Position numbers and translations under genes: made by a program
Origin: an uncultured virus (IMG/VR IMGVR_UViG_3300025133_000078)
Taxonomy: Duplodnaviria > Heunggongvirae > Uroviricota > Caudoviricetes
IMG/VR virus record: IMGVR_UViG_3300025133_000078
Reading direction: 5' to 3' (one strand)
DNA: 64,000 bases
Shown: piece by piece, positions 1-9,584 of the stretch
Position numbering within the stretch: the stretch's first letter is position 1
Layout: each line of letters opens with the position of its first letter
The notes under the pieces: model-generated
What the model was told of the DNA's origin: nothing
Seen by the model: only the letters and a program-made list of their open reading frames with translations
Database searches by the model: none

Positions 1-2
1 GG

Positions 3-278
3 CCCTGCATAAAAAATCCCCCCCTAGTAACAAACAAGATGAGCCCCGAACAACTCTGTGGAGAGTGGATTTTTGAAAAAGTAAGGCCTCCATCAATCAA
101 AAAAGTAGCTCCGACAATCAAAAAAGCATCCCCAGTTAAGAAAAAGGGCCCTCAAGCCAGAAAAAAACCAAAAAAAGTAGAAAAAATACTTGACAAATCT
201 CCTGAAGATGTTATAATAGAAGTAGAGAAAAAAGAAACTCTCACACTATCAAAGACAAAAGCTGTCACCGAGGAATAA
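3..278 (+). CDS. Lys-rich hypothetical protein (probably 3' end of a gene starting before the window)
   Basis: Frame of ORF 39..278 is open back to position 3; its TAA abuts the next gene's TTG start. Confidence 0.5.
   Translation, partial: PCIKNPPLVTNKMSPEQLCGEWIFEKVRPPSIKKVAPTIKKASPVKKKGPQARKKPKKVEKILDKSPEDVIIEVEKKETLTLSKTKAVTEE
190..217 (+). promoter_or_regulatory. sigma70-type promoter upstream of the Cas4-like/glycosyltransferase operon
   Basis: TTGACA(190-195)-16 bp-TATAAT(212-217) with extended -10 TG at 209-210 and A-rich upstream tract. Confidence 0.75.
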
Positions 279-1043
279 TTGCCGCATATTTCGTTTTCGG
301 AATTAAAAAATTGGAACTTTTGCCCATTCTACCATAAATTGACTTACATCGATAAGCTTAAGGGATTTAGGGGAAATGAATATACTGCATTTGGAACAGC
401 TATCCACGACATAGCAGAGAAAAAATTGCTTAAAGAAACTTTCGAAGCAGCAGAAAACTTTATCCAGAGGTTCGAGGAATGTTTGGCTGAATTGGATGAC
501 GACATCGAATTTAGAGAAGATACAGAAAAGATGGCCGTTCAGGCTATCGGCATCATCCCGGCAATCATGCCAGCCGTTGCGGAATACTTTGCGGACGGAT
601 ATGAGGTAATCTCGACGGAAGAGCGGCTTATGGTCCCAATTGATAATGAAGAGGGATACAATTTTAAGGGATATATTGACGCGGTTGTCAAGACCCCTGA
701 CGGGAAATATCACATTATTGATTGGAAATCCTGCTCTTGGGGCTGGGACATGCGGCGCCGATCTGACCCAATGGTCACCTATCAGCTAACTCTTTATAAG
801 ATTTTCTTTGCCAAGAAACACGGCATCGATTTGAAAGATATCGAAACTCACTTCGCATTATTGAAGAGAACAGCAAAGAAGGATAGGGTGGAGATTTTTA
901 GAGTTACGAGCGGAAATAAAAAAATGGAAAACGCTACCAATCTTTTAAAGAAGGCGCTTTTCAATATTAAGAAAAAAAATTATATCAAGGACAAGCGATC
1001 GTGTGTAAAATGTGATTTTTGCAGATCATCGGAATGTCCATAG
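279..1043 (+). CDS. Cas4-like / PD-(D/E)XK exonuclease with Fe-S cluster cysteines
   Basis: N-terminal SFSEL..CP, GTAIH, GYIDAV..IIDWKS, QL..Y and C-terminal CxxCxxC..C; TTG start with GAGGA RBS. Confidence 0.85.
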   Translation: MPHISFSELKNWNFCPFYHKLTYIDKLKGFRGNEYTAFGTAIHDIAEKKLLKETFEAAENFIQRFEECLAELDDDIEFREDTEKMAVQAIGIIPAIMPAVAEYFADGYEVISTEERLMVPIDNEEGYNFKGYIDAVVKTPDGKYHIIDWKSCSWGWDMRRRSDPMVTYQLTLYKIFFAKKHGIDLKDIETHFALLKRTAKKDRVEIFRVTSGNKKMENATNLLKKALFNIKKKNYIKDKRSCVKCDFCRSSECP

Positions 1044-1051
1044 AGGTTTAA

Positions 1052-2317
1052 ATGACAGAAAAAAAGAAGATTTTGGTGATTGCGGATCACCCAATGGCTC
1101 CTTCGGGAGTTGGAACTCAAACGAAATATATTATTGAGACACTACTAAAAACAGGCAAATATAAATTCGTTTGTCTCGGAGGGGCAGTAGCTCATAAAGA
1201 CTACAAACCTCAGAAAATTGAAGGCTGGGATGAAGACTGGATTGTTTATCCGGTCAAGGGGTATGGAACCCAAGAAATGGTTCGCTCCGCCCTCTTTAAT
1301 GAGAAACCTGACATGATTTGGTTCATGACAGACCCACGGTTTTACGGCTGGCTGTGGATGATCGAGAATGAAATTCGAAAACACATCCCAATGGTCTACT
1401 ATCACGTTTGGGACAATTATCCACTTCCGAAGTTTAACAACAAGTTTTATAGCTCAACGGACGTCATCGCGTCCATTTCGAAGGTAACCCACGATATTGT
1501 CAACAATGTTTCTCCCCACGTCGAAAATCACTATGTCCCACACGCAGTAGATACCAGCATTTTCCGGCCCTTTCCGGATGAGGACATCAAAACGCTGCGA
1601 GAAAAACACTTTGATGGCGACACAGATAATCGGGTAACTTTCTTCTGGAACAATAGAAATGCACGTCGGAAGATGAGCGGATCATTAATCCACTGGTTTA
1701 GTGAGTTCGCCGAAGAAGTTGGCCCAGAAAAAGTAAGACTTATCATGCATACAGATCCCAAAGATCCAAACGGACAAGACTTAGAAGCCATTCTAAGCAA
1801 CATTGGCGCCACAGACGGCCGCATCATTCTTTCAACAAATAAAATTTCACCGCATGCCCTCGCGGCGATGTATAATATGGCTGATTGCACAATTAACATT
1901 TCAGACGCTGAGGGATTTGGATTGGCAACATTGGAATCTCTTTCCTGCCAGACTCCAATTATCGTCAATATGACAGGTGGATTGCAGGAACAGGTCACAG
2001 ATGGAAAAGAGTGGTTTGGAATAGGTCTTACGCCGGCTTCAAAGGCCATCATAGGCTCTCAACAGGTTCCATACATCTATGAGGATAGGATTTCTAAGGA
2101 AGACTTTATACAGGCTCTGAGAGACGTTTTTTCGATGACCCCGGAAGAAAGGAAGCTTTTAGGCATGAAAGGTCGACAACACGTCGCAAAAAATTACAAT
2201 TTCGATAATTTCCAAAAGCAGTGGATTGAGCTGATCGATTCGGTTGTAGAAAACCATGGTTCTTGGGAAACGCGAAAGGGATATAAGCCTTGGGCATTCA
2301 CGGAGATTACAAAATGA
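1052..2317 (+). CDS. Glycosyltransferase, GT-B fold (GT4-like)
   Basis: SGVGTQ, PHAVD, RNARRK, EGFGLATLES (EX7E) motifs. Confidence 0.9.
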   Translation: MTEKKKILVIADHPMAPSGVGTQTKYIIETLLKTGKYKFVCLGGAVAHKDYKPQKIEGWDEDWIVYPVKGYGTQEMVRSALFNEKPDMIWFMTDPRFYGWLWMIENEIRKHIPMVYYHVWDNYPLPKFNNKFYSSTDVIASISKVTHDIVNNVSPHVENHYVPHAVDTSIFRPFPDEDIKTLREKHFDGDTDNRVTFFWNNRNARRKMSGSLIHWFSEFAEEVGPEKVRLIMHTDPKDPNGQDLEAILSNIGATDGRIILSTNKISPHALAAMYNMADCTINISDAEGFGLATLESLSCQTPIIVNMTGGLQEQVTDGKEWFGIGLTPASKAIIGSQQVPYIYEDRISKEDFIQALRDVFSMTPEERKLLGMKGRQHVAKNYNFDNFQKQWIELIDSVVENHGSWETRKGYKPWAFTEITK

Positions 2318-3573
2318 AGCAGAAAATAGTATTAAAAGGACCAGTCCTTTCACAATCTGGATATGGAGAGCAGGCAAGATTTGCCTTGAGATGTTTGAGA
2401 TCGAGGGAAGATATCTTTGATATTTACGTTATTCCCACGAATTGGGGACAAACTGGCTGGGTCAGCGAAGCAAACGAAGAGCGCACCTGGACAGATAATA
2501 GGATCGCACAAACTCATATTTTCACCCAACAGGGCGGACAGTTCGATATGTCGCTACAAGTGACAATTCCAAACGAATGGGAAAAACTTGCTCCAATCAA
2601 CATCGGATATACAGCTGGTATCGAAACGACTAAGGTGGCACCAGTTTGGCTCCAAAAAGCCAACGAAATGGATAGGGTCATCGTTGTTTCAAATCATTCG
2701 AAGGATGTTTTTGAAAACACAACATACCAGGGGCAAAACAGCCAAACCGGACAGCCTGTCCACCTAGCTTGTCAAACTCCAATCGAGGTGGTCAATTATC
2801 CTGTTAGAAATTTCAAGAAACAAAAGCTTAATTTAAAGCTCGATTACGACTTCAACTACCTTGCAATTTCCCAATGGGGTCCAAGAAAGAACTTTGACAA
2901 CCTCGTCAAATGGTTCCTGGAAGAGAATTTTGATCAAGAAGTAGGCCTTGTCCTTAAAACTTCCGTCAAGAATAATAGCATCATCGACAGAGAGCACACC
3001 GGATCAAGGCTTAAATCTTTATTGAATAGGTTTGGCGGAGATAATTGTAAATGCAAGATTTATCTTGTCCATGGAGATTTAACTCCTGAAGAAATGAACG
3101 GCCTATATCAGCATTCCAAAATTAAGGCACTTGTTTCCACGGCACATGGTGAGGGTTATGGGCTACCACTTTTTGAAGCAGCCTATAACGGACTGCCAGT
3201 AGTCGTTTCTGGATGGTCAGGTCATTGTGATTTTCTTTATATGCCAGACGGCCGAAGAAAGGGAAAGAAGAAGCCAATGTTCGCGTCCGTCGAATATGAT
3301 CTTCAAAATGTTCAGAAAGAGGCTGTTTGGGACAATGTTGTTCAGGCAGACTCACAGTGGGCTTTCCCAAGGGAGGGGTCCTTTAAGCGCCGATTGCGTG
3401 AGGTTCGCAGCGAATATTCACGGTTTAAGAGAAATGCCAAGAAGCTTCAAAAGTATCTTGTTGAGAATTTTACAGAAGAAGAAATCTATGGTGCTTTTGT
3501 CAATTCGGTAACTGGCGGAAATACCGCATATTTAGAAAATTCATCCGAAGAAGATGAATTCATTATTTTATGA
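2314..3573 (+). CDS. Glycosyltransferase, GT-B fold (GT4-like)
   Basis: SGYG, RKN, HGEGYGLPLFEA (EX7E), WSGH; start placed at the ATGA overlap at 2314. Confidence 0.9.
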   Translation: MKQKIVLKGPVLSQSGYGEQARFALRCLRSREDIFDIYVIPTNWGQTGWVSEANEERTWTDNRIAQTHIFTQQGGQFDMSLQVTIPNEWEKLAPINIGYTAGIETTKVAPVWLQKANEMDRVIVVSNHSKDVFENTTYQGQNSQTGQPVHLACQTPIEVVNYPVRNFKKQKLNLKLDYDFNYLAISQWGPRKNFDNLVKWFLEENFDQEVGLVLKTSVKNNSIIDREHTGSRLKSLLNRFGGDNCKCKIYLVHGDLTPEEMNGLYQHSKIKALVSTAHGEGYGLPLFEAAYNGLPVVVSGWSGHCDFLYMPDGRRKGKKKPMFASVEYDLQNVQKEAVWDNVVQADSQWAFPREGSFKRRLREVRSEYSRFKRNAKKLQKYLVENFTEEEIYGAFVNSVTGGNTAYLENSSEEDEFIIL

Positions 3574-4640
3574 GAAGACCCGTGAATAATTATTTTAAAT
3601 GTGAAATTTTTGAAGAAGAGGGATTTATACCCTCGGATAATTTTGAGATTACACAATCGGAACTAAAAGTGGATGGTAATATGACAGACAATATTACCAA
3701 AAATTCAAACTTCAGATTCAGAAATCAAAAAATACAATATAAGTGTCGCTGGAGATGCCAAGAGAATTGGGATAGTAAAAAGCCAACAATCTTAATTCCC
3801 ATCAGAGATAATATAGAACTCATCAACATAACGATAAACAATTTAAAAGAAAAAAAGATAGCAGATTTATGTAATATAATCGTAATTGATGACAGGTCGA
3901 CTAAATATATAGAATATTCAGTTATCAAACACGGCCTGTCATACTTGAGAATTGACAATGAAAAAGGCTTTAATTTTTCTATGCTCAATAATATAGCAGC
4001 AAAAATTTGTTATCACTTATCAATAAAAGAAATTATTTTATGGAATTCTGATTTATGGTGCGCATCTTTTGAATTTTTCAATAAATTGTTAAAAAAGCAT
4101 AGAAAATATGGTTCTGTGGTCTCTGGTTCAAAATTATTATATCCGCCTCAAGACATGTCCCTCAACAATGAAGAGGACACAAGAAATATTAAAAATTCAT
4201 TTCCTAATATGGCTGGAAAACAATGGAGAAATACTGTCCAATTTGGCGGTCCATCTTGGGTATTGACACCACAGTCTTTTGTTTCTATTTCCCCAATTCA
4301 CTTCAAGAGGTTCTCCAAATCAGAAGATAAAAGAGTCAATTGTGATAGAGGTGCATCTTTTGTAACAGGTGCTCTTCAGGTATGGGATCTAAAATATTTT
4401 ATAAAAATCGGTGGCTTAAACCCCAGCTTAAGTAAAAATTTTCAGGATGTCGATATATGTTTAAGAGCCTGTTCTGACGGAAATGTACCAATGTATTTTG
4501 GAAAAGATATGTTCTTTTACCATGATGAATCGGCAACTCTTGATTCTGGAAAGGAAAAAAAGAATGATCTTCAAATGATCAGTGATCACATATTATTTGG
4601 TAAAATATGGAATGAAAAAATAGCAGGAATTGTTTTTTAA
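3570..4640 (+). CDS. Glycosyltransferase family 2 protein
   Basis: ILIPIRDN, VIDDRS, FNFSMLNN, WNSD, VTGA, QDVDICLR motifs. Confidence 0.85.
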   Translation: MRRPVNNYFKCEIFEEEGFIPSDNFEITQSELKVDGNMTDNITKNSNFRFRNQKIQYKCRWRCQENWDSKKPTILIPIRDNIELINITINNLKEKKIADLCNIIVIDDRSTKYIEYSVIKHGLSYLRIDNEKGFNFSMLNNIAAKICYHLSIKEIILWNSDLWCASFEFFNKLLKKHRKYGSVVSGSKLLYPPQDMSLNNEEDTRNIKNSFPNMAGKQWRNTVQFGGPSWVLTPQSFVSISPIHFKRFSKSEDKRVNCDRGASFVTGALQVWDLKYFIKIGGLNPSLSKNFQDVDICLRACSDGNVPMYFGKDMFFYHDESATLDSGKEKKNDLQMISDHILFGKIWNEKIAGIVF

Positions 4641-5164
4641 TGTTTGAGGAATACAAAATTTTTGATCTCATTAAATTTAGAGACCATCGCGGATATTTTT
4701 ATGAATCTTTTTCTCGTCTCTTGAACAAAGAATTAAAAAAAGATTTTGTTCAGGATAATATATCTTTCTCACAAAGGGGTACAATTCGAGGACTGCATTA
4801 TCAATGGGATAGACCAATGGGAAAATTAATACATGTAATAAAGGGATCAATAATTGATCACATAGTTGATATCAGGAAGGGGTCAAAAAATTCCGGAAGG
4901 GCCTTTAATTTTCACTTGAATTCAGAAAATAACAAAGTTCTATGGATTCCTGCTGGATATGCTCATGGTTTTGAGGCTTTGGAAGATTCAATTGTGATGT
5001 ACAAATGCACTAATTTCTACAATAATCTTGGAGAAGGGTGTATAAATTTTTTTGATAAAAATATAAATTTAAGCTTGACTATCGATGAAAAAGATATTAT
5101 TATATCTGAGAAAGATAAGAAAGGTATAACTTGGGAAGAATATGAATCTAATCCTAAGTTTTAA
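4640..5164 (+). CDS. rmlC: dTDP-4-dehydrorhamnose 3,5-epimerase
   Basis: DHRGYFYE, QDNISFS..GTIRGLHYQ, VDIRKGS, WIPAGYAHGF, YKC. Confidence 0.95.
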   Translation: MFEEYKIFDLIKFRDHRGYFYESFSRLLNKELKKDFVQDNISFSQRGTIRGLHYQWDRPMGKLIHVIKGSIIDHIVDIRKGSKNSGRAFNFHLNSENNKVLWIPAGYAHGFEALEDSIVMYKCTNFYNNLGEGCINFFDKNINLSLTIDEKDIIISEKDKKGITWEEYESNPKF

Positions 5165-5179
5165 ATTGGGGATATATAA

Positions 5180-6070
5180 ATGAAATTTGTTGTTACTGGG
5201 GGCCGAGGATTTATTGGTTCACACTTTGTAGAAGAGGTTTTAAAAAATGGAAATCAAGTAGTAGATATTGACAAGATGACTTATGCAGCATCAGAGAATC
5301 TACCTTGGGATTTAAATCCAAACTATACTTTAATCAGAGAAGATATAAGCAAAATCAAGCATATACCAAATTGTGATGTATTAGTTAATTTTGCAGCCGA
5401 AAGTCATGTAGATAATTCAATTAGAGATACAGACCCTTTTATTCATAGTAATATTTTAGGAGTCCACAATTTATTGGAATTGATCAGGGGAAAACCAGAA
5501 TATAATAGACCATTATTTTTCCATATTAGTACAGATGAGGTTTATGGAGATAAAGTGAGGGGCTCTTTTAACGAAAGAGATAAATTAAATCCATCAAATC
5601 CTTACTCTGCCACAAAAGCTTCTGCGGAAATGCTGGTGTTATCTTACGCGAGAACTTATGGACTCAAATATATTATCACCAGAAGTGCAAACAATTATGG
5701 CCCTAGGCAATATGAAGAAAAATTGATTCCAAAATGTATCAACAGTATCGAAAATGAAAAAAAAATTCCTGTTCATGGCGATGGATCTTATGTGAGGGAC
5801 TGGACATATGTCAAGGATAATATTTCAGGAATTATGTGTATCATAAATTCGAAAGTAAAAAATAAGATATTCAATATTGCCTCTGAAAATCATATGACAA
5901 ACCTAGAAGTAATTGATGAAGTATTAAGCTGGTATGAGAAAGATAGAAATTTGATTCAGTTTGTTGAAAATAGGTGGGGTCAAGATTTAAGATATTCTAT
6001 AGATTCTACTAAACTTAGAAAGCTAGGTTGGGAGCCAAAATATAAAAAAGGGATTTTTAAGTGGAAATAG
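5180..6070 (+). CDS. rmlB: dTDP-glucose 4,6-dehydratase
   Basis: TGGRGFIGS, DKMTYA, FAAESHVDNSI, STDEVYG, PYSATKA, NNYGPRQ..EKLIP. Confidence 0.95.
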   Translation: MKFVVTGGRGFIGSHFVEEVLKNGNQVVDIDKMTYAASENLPWDLNPNYTLIREDISKIKHIPNCDVLVNFAAESHVDNSIRDTDPFIHSNILGVHNLLELIRGKPEYNRPLFFHISTDEVYGDKVRGSFNERDKLNPSNPYSATKASAEMLVLSYARTYGLKYIITRSANNYGPRQYEEKLIPKCINSIENEKKIPVHGDGSYVRDWTYVKDNISGIMCIINSKVKNKIFNIASENHMTNLEVIDEVLSWYEKDRNLIQFVENRWGQDLRYSIDSTKLRKLGWEPKYKKGIFKWK

Positions 6071-6762
6071 AGAATCTTTTTTTAATCGGCGGCTCCGGAA
6101 CACTAGGGTCACAAATGATATTGGATGCTGCGGATTATAACATTACATTCATTAGTCCATCATCAAATGAATGTAATATTAGAGTTGGCTGGCAAGTTGA
6201 TGAAAATATAAAAAACTTTGAAGGAGATACTGTAGTGCACTGCGCAGCCTTTACCGATGTCAAGACTGCTGAAAAATATCCTCTTCGCGCAGCACATATT
6301 AATGTTTTAGGAACATTTAATGTTCTACATTCGTGCATGAAATATAAAAAAAGGCTGGTTTATATTTCTACAGATTATGTTTTTGATGGGAAAAAGGGCA
6401 ACTATAAAACTAGCGATTCCATAAATCCTTTATCAAATTATGCCAAAACAAAGGCCGCCGGAGAGCTTCTGGTAAGAACATATGATAATTCTTTGGTAAT
6501 CAGAACTAGCTTTTATGGAAAAGAATTTCCTTATGAAAAAGCACTCATCGATCAGTGGACTTCTAAAGACTATGTAGATATAATTTCTCCTAAAATATTG
6601 CAATGTATACGAGAAAAAGAATTGGGGATAGAACATGTCGGATCACCAAGGAGAACAGTATATGAAATAGCCAAAGAAAGAAAGAAAGACATAGAGGGGA
6701 TATCCATGGCCGAAATTAATATAAAGATCCCTCGTGATACAAGTTTCAAAATAGAGGAATAA
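6061..6762 (+). CDS. rmlD: dTDP-4-dehydrorhamnose reductase (short form)
   Basis: GGSGTLG, HCAAFTDV..AE, YISTDYVFDG, YAKTKAAGE. Confidence 0.9.
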   Translation: MEIENLFLIGGSGTLGSQMILDAADYNITFISPSSNECNIRVGWQVDENIKNFEGDTVVHCAAFTDVKTAEKYPLRAAHINVLGTFNVLHSCMKYKKRLVYISTDYVFDGKKGNYKTSDSINPLSNYAKTKAAGELLVRTYDNSLVIRTSFYGKEFPYEKALIDQWTSKDYVDIISPKILQCIREKELGIEHVGSPRRTVYEIAKERKKDIEGISMAEINIKIPRDTSFKIEE

Positions 6763-6764
6763 AC

Positions 6765-7544
6765 ATGAAAAATATACATGTATCTTACAATGTTTTTGAT
6801 AATGAGGAGCTTTTAGAGGCTTCTATAAGAAAAATAAAAGAAATTGTATCTGAAGTAACAGTGATTTATCAAGAAATATCTAATTTTGGCCAACAAGCAG
6901 ACCAATCACTTTTTGATGTTATTGACCATTTAAAAAATCAGAATTTAATAGATAATTTGGTTCTCTATAAAACAAATACTTTTTTATCTCCACAGTTAAA
7001 TGAGTTGAAAAAAAATAATTTTGGTTATCAAATGGCTAAGGAAAAAAAATTAGATTATCACATGGGCATGGCATGCGATGAATTTTATTTTAGAGATGAA
7101 TTTTTGGATCTATTAAATATACTCGAAGAAAATCCTGTAGATTTAGTGACAAGCTACATGTATACATACTACAAAAGTAGTAAATATAGGTTTAAAGAAA
7201 TAGAAAATTATGTAGTACCGGTATTAAATAAGGTATATCAGGACGGTAGAAATTATAAAATTAGTTCTCCAAGTCCAATATTAATAGATCCTACGAGAAA
7301 GATGATTTACGATAGTTATATTTGCTTACCAAAAGAAAAACCACTTATGCACCACTTAAGTCACGTAAGAAAAGATTTTAGAAAAAAATTAGAAAATTCT
7401 ACTGCAAACATAAATTGGTATGATAAAATAGATAAAATGGTTAGCCACTACGAATCGTGGGTTCCAATTGAAGATGCTTTTCTCTTTGGAGATTATGTAG
7501 AACTAGAAGAAACAGATAGATTTGAAGAAGAACTTACTTTTTAA
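6765..7544 (+). CDS. Putative glycosyltransferase (GT-A-like)
   Basis: N-terminal VSYNVFD.EELL, DxD-like CDEFY, MHH; sits inside the sugar operon. Confidence 0.55.
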   Translation: MKNIHVSYNVFDNEELLEASIRKIKEIVSEVTVIYQEISNFGQQADQSLFDVIDHLKNQNLIDNLVLYKTNTFLSPQLNELKKNNFGYQMAKEKKLDYHMGMACDEFYFRDEFLDLLNILEENPVDLVTSYMYTYYKSSKYRFKEIENYVVPVLNKVYQDGRNYKISSPSPILIDPTRKMIYDSYICLPKEKPLMHHLSHVRKDFRKKLENSTANINWYDKIDKMVSHYESWVPIEDAFLFGDYVELEETDRFEEELTF

Positions 7545-7558
7545 ATAAGGAGATAAAA

Positions 7559-8368
7559 ATGCCCGCAGTTGTTAGAAATATTTTTGAAGATTATGTAAAA
7601 GATCGTTTTGATCTACAAGACTGTATTGCAGTAAATAATGGAACATCAGCACTAATTGCACCTCTTTGGTCCATGGATCTACGCCCCGGAGATGAAGTGA
7701 TTACCACCCCATTTACCTTCATCGCAACAACAAATGCTATTTTGATTGCAGGAGCAAAGCCGGTTTTTGTAGATATTAGTCATGAAGATATGTTGATTGA
7801 TGTAACAAAAATCGAAGAAAAGATTACAAAAAGAACAAAAGGGATTATCCCAGTACACTTATATGGTACCATATGTAATATGGAAGAAATCAATCAAATT
7901 GCAAATAAATATAATCTGGTTGTAATTGAAGACACCGCACAAGCTTTTGGAGCAATTGATAATAATGGTAATTATGCGGGTATGCAATCAGATTGCGGTA
8001 CATTTAGTTTTTATAAAACTAAAAATATATCTACTTTTGAAGGTGGAATGATTTGTATTCCCAAAAATTCAAGGTTAGATTCAGAAAAAATTAGATCTAT
8101 CTGCAATCAAGGCCAAGTAGGGAAATATAATCATGAATATGTCGGTTTTAATTTTAGATTAGCAGAACCGCTCTGCCTCATGGCATTGGAGCAAATGAAG
8201 CTGCATATGACTGGAATTAGAGCTGAATTGGGACTAAGAGGTCCACAACAAGGGCATTATCCAAAAGTTGTATATCATCAGCCCGCATATAAAAAATTAG
8301 GACTCATAGGAGATTGTCCAATAGCAGAAAAAATTGCAGAAAAAATAAAAAACGGAGAATTTGAATGA
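7559..8368 (+). CDS. DegT/DnrJ/EryC1/StrS sugar aminotransferase, shortened
   Basis: NNGTSAL, GDEVITTPFTFIAT, PVHLYG, IEDTAQAFG, SFYKTKNI..FEGG with PLP lysine. Confidence 0.9.
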   Translation: MPAVVRNIFEDYVKDRFDLQDCIAVNNGTSALIAPLWSMDLRPGDEVITTPFTFIATTNAILIAGAKPVFVDISHEDMLIDVTKIEEKITKRTKGIIPVHLYGTICNMEEINQIANKYNLVVIEDTAQAFGAIDNNGNYAGMQSDCGTFSFYKTKNISTFEGGMICIPKNSRLDSEKIRSICNQGQVGKYNHEYVGFNFRLAEPLCLMALEQMKLHMTGIRAELGLRGPQQGHYPKVVYHQPAYKKLGLIGDCPIAEKIAEKIKNGEFE

Positions 8369-9210
8369 GAATATCTATCGCCGGCTTAGGAGTTATGGGT
8401 AAAAATCATCTTCGTGTGGCCAAAAAGAAGAGATTTGAGATAAATTCTATATATGACCCAGAGACACACGACATGGAATATGAAGAATTTATCGTTTCTT
8501 TAAAAAATAGTGACGGATTGATTATTTCGTCACCAACAAAATATCACGTAGATATAATTTGTGATGCGATGTTAGAAAACAGAAATTTAAAAATACTTTG
8601 TGAAAAGCCAGTGACAGATAAAATTTCTGATAATAGGTTAGGGAAAATTATTAAAAAATATAATAATTCAATCCTGATTGGCCAAATAGAAAGGTTTAAT
8701 CCTGTATGTATGGCAATAAAAGATTTGTTAAGAGAACATCAGGAAATTATTCAAATCAAAACAAAAAGGGTGGGGAACACCCCAGCTAGAGAAAAAATTG
8801 CATGCAGAAAAGATATTGGAATTCACGATTTAGATTTTTGTTGTTTTATAGCCGAGAAAATACCAGAAAAAATTAATATTATTAGTGATGATAGAAATTT
8901 TCACGAAAATTTGTATTATAACATAGATAAAACACACGTTTGTAACGAGGTCAGTTGGAGATATCCAAAAAAAGACAGGACTTTTGAAATATTAACGGAG
9001 AATGGGCTTTTTATGGGACATTTCTATAATCAAACTTTAGAATTTGTAGATTGGACAGGTATCTCTCGTGAAATAAAAATTGAAAAACAAGAGCCTCTGT
9101 TTTATGAATTGCAGCATTTTTCTGAAATGATTAAGAATGGTGATAGACCAAAAGTTAAAGTTTCTGATAATTTAAATCTATTAAGTTTGCTTGAATTCGG
9201 TAAATTATAA
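8365..9210 (+). CDS. Gfo/Idh/MocA family NAD-dependent sugar oxidoreductase
   Basis: GLGVMGKNH, CEKP, GQIERFNP, DIGIHDLD. Confidence 0.9.
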   Translation: MRISIAGLGVMGKNHLRVAKKKRFEINSIYDPETHDMEYEEFIVSLKNSDGLIISSPTKYHVDIICDAMLENRNLKILCEKPVTDKISDNRLGKIIKKYNNSILIGQIERFNPVCMAIKDLLREHQEIIQIKTKRVGNTPAREKIACRKDIGIHDLDFCCFIAEKIPEKINIISDDRNFHENLYYNIDKTHVCNEVSWRYPKKDRTFEILTENGLFMGHFYNQTLEFVDWTGISREIKIEKQEPLFYELQHFSEMIKNGDRPKVKVSDNLNLLSLLEFGKL

Positions 9211-9224
9211 AATTGGGGCGCACC

Positions 9225-9575
9225 ATGGATAATATTTTTAAGCATAAAAGAGTTGCTATAGATTTTGATGGGACACTTTTTGAAGATAGCGAGAACATAT
9301 TTGTAGATTTTGAAAAAAAAGTAGAGTTAAAAGCATTGCCCGGATCATCAGATACTACAAAATACCTAAAAGAGCAAGGCTTTGAAATATTAATTTTTAC
9401 ATGTAGGCCAGATTATCACAGAAAGTATATGGAAAATTTAATGAAAAAGAATAATATTTCATTTGATTATATTTTATTTTATACAAAACCCAGAGTTGAT
9501 TTGTATATCGATAATAAAGGATATAGATTCGAAAATTGGAAAGATACTGAAACGTGGATAAAAAATAGAATTTAG
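9225..9575 (+). CDS. Small capless HAD-family phosphatase
   Basis: DFDGT motif I, FTCR motif II, KP..DLYIDNK; alternative TTG start at 9213. Confidence 0.8.
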   Translation: MDNIFKHKRVAIDFDGTLFEDSENIFVDFEKKVELKALPGSSDTTKYLKEQGFEILIFTCRPDYHRKYMENLMKKNNISFDYILFYTKPRVDLYIDNKGYRFENWKDTETWIKNRI

Positions 9576-9584
9576 GAGATTTTT

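Noticed and set aside
1..1100. CRISPR-Cas locus suggested by the Cas4-like gene
   Set aside because: No repeat-spacer array, cas1 or cas2 seen anywhere in the window
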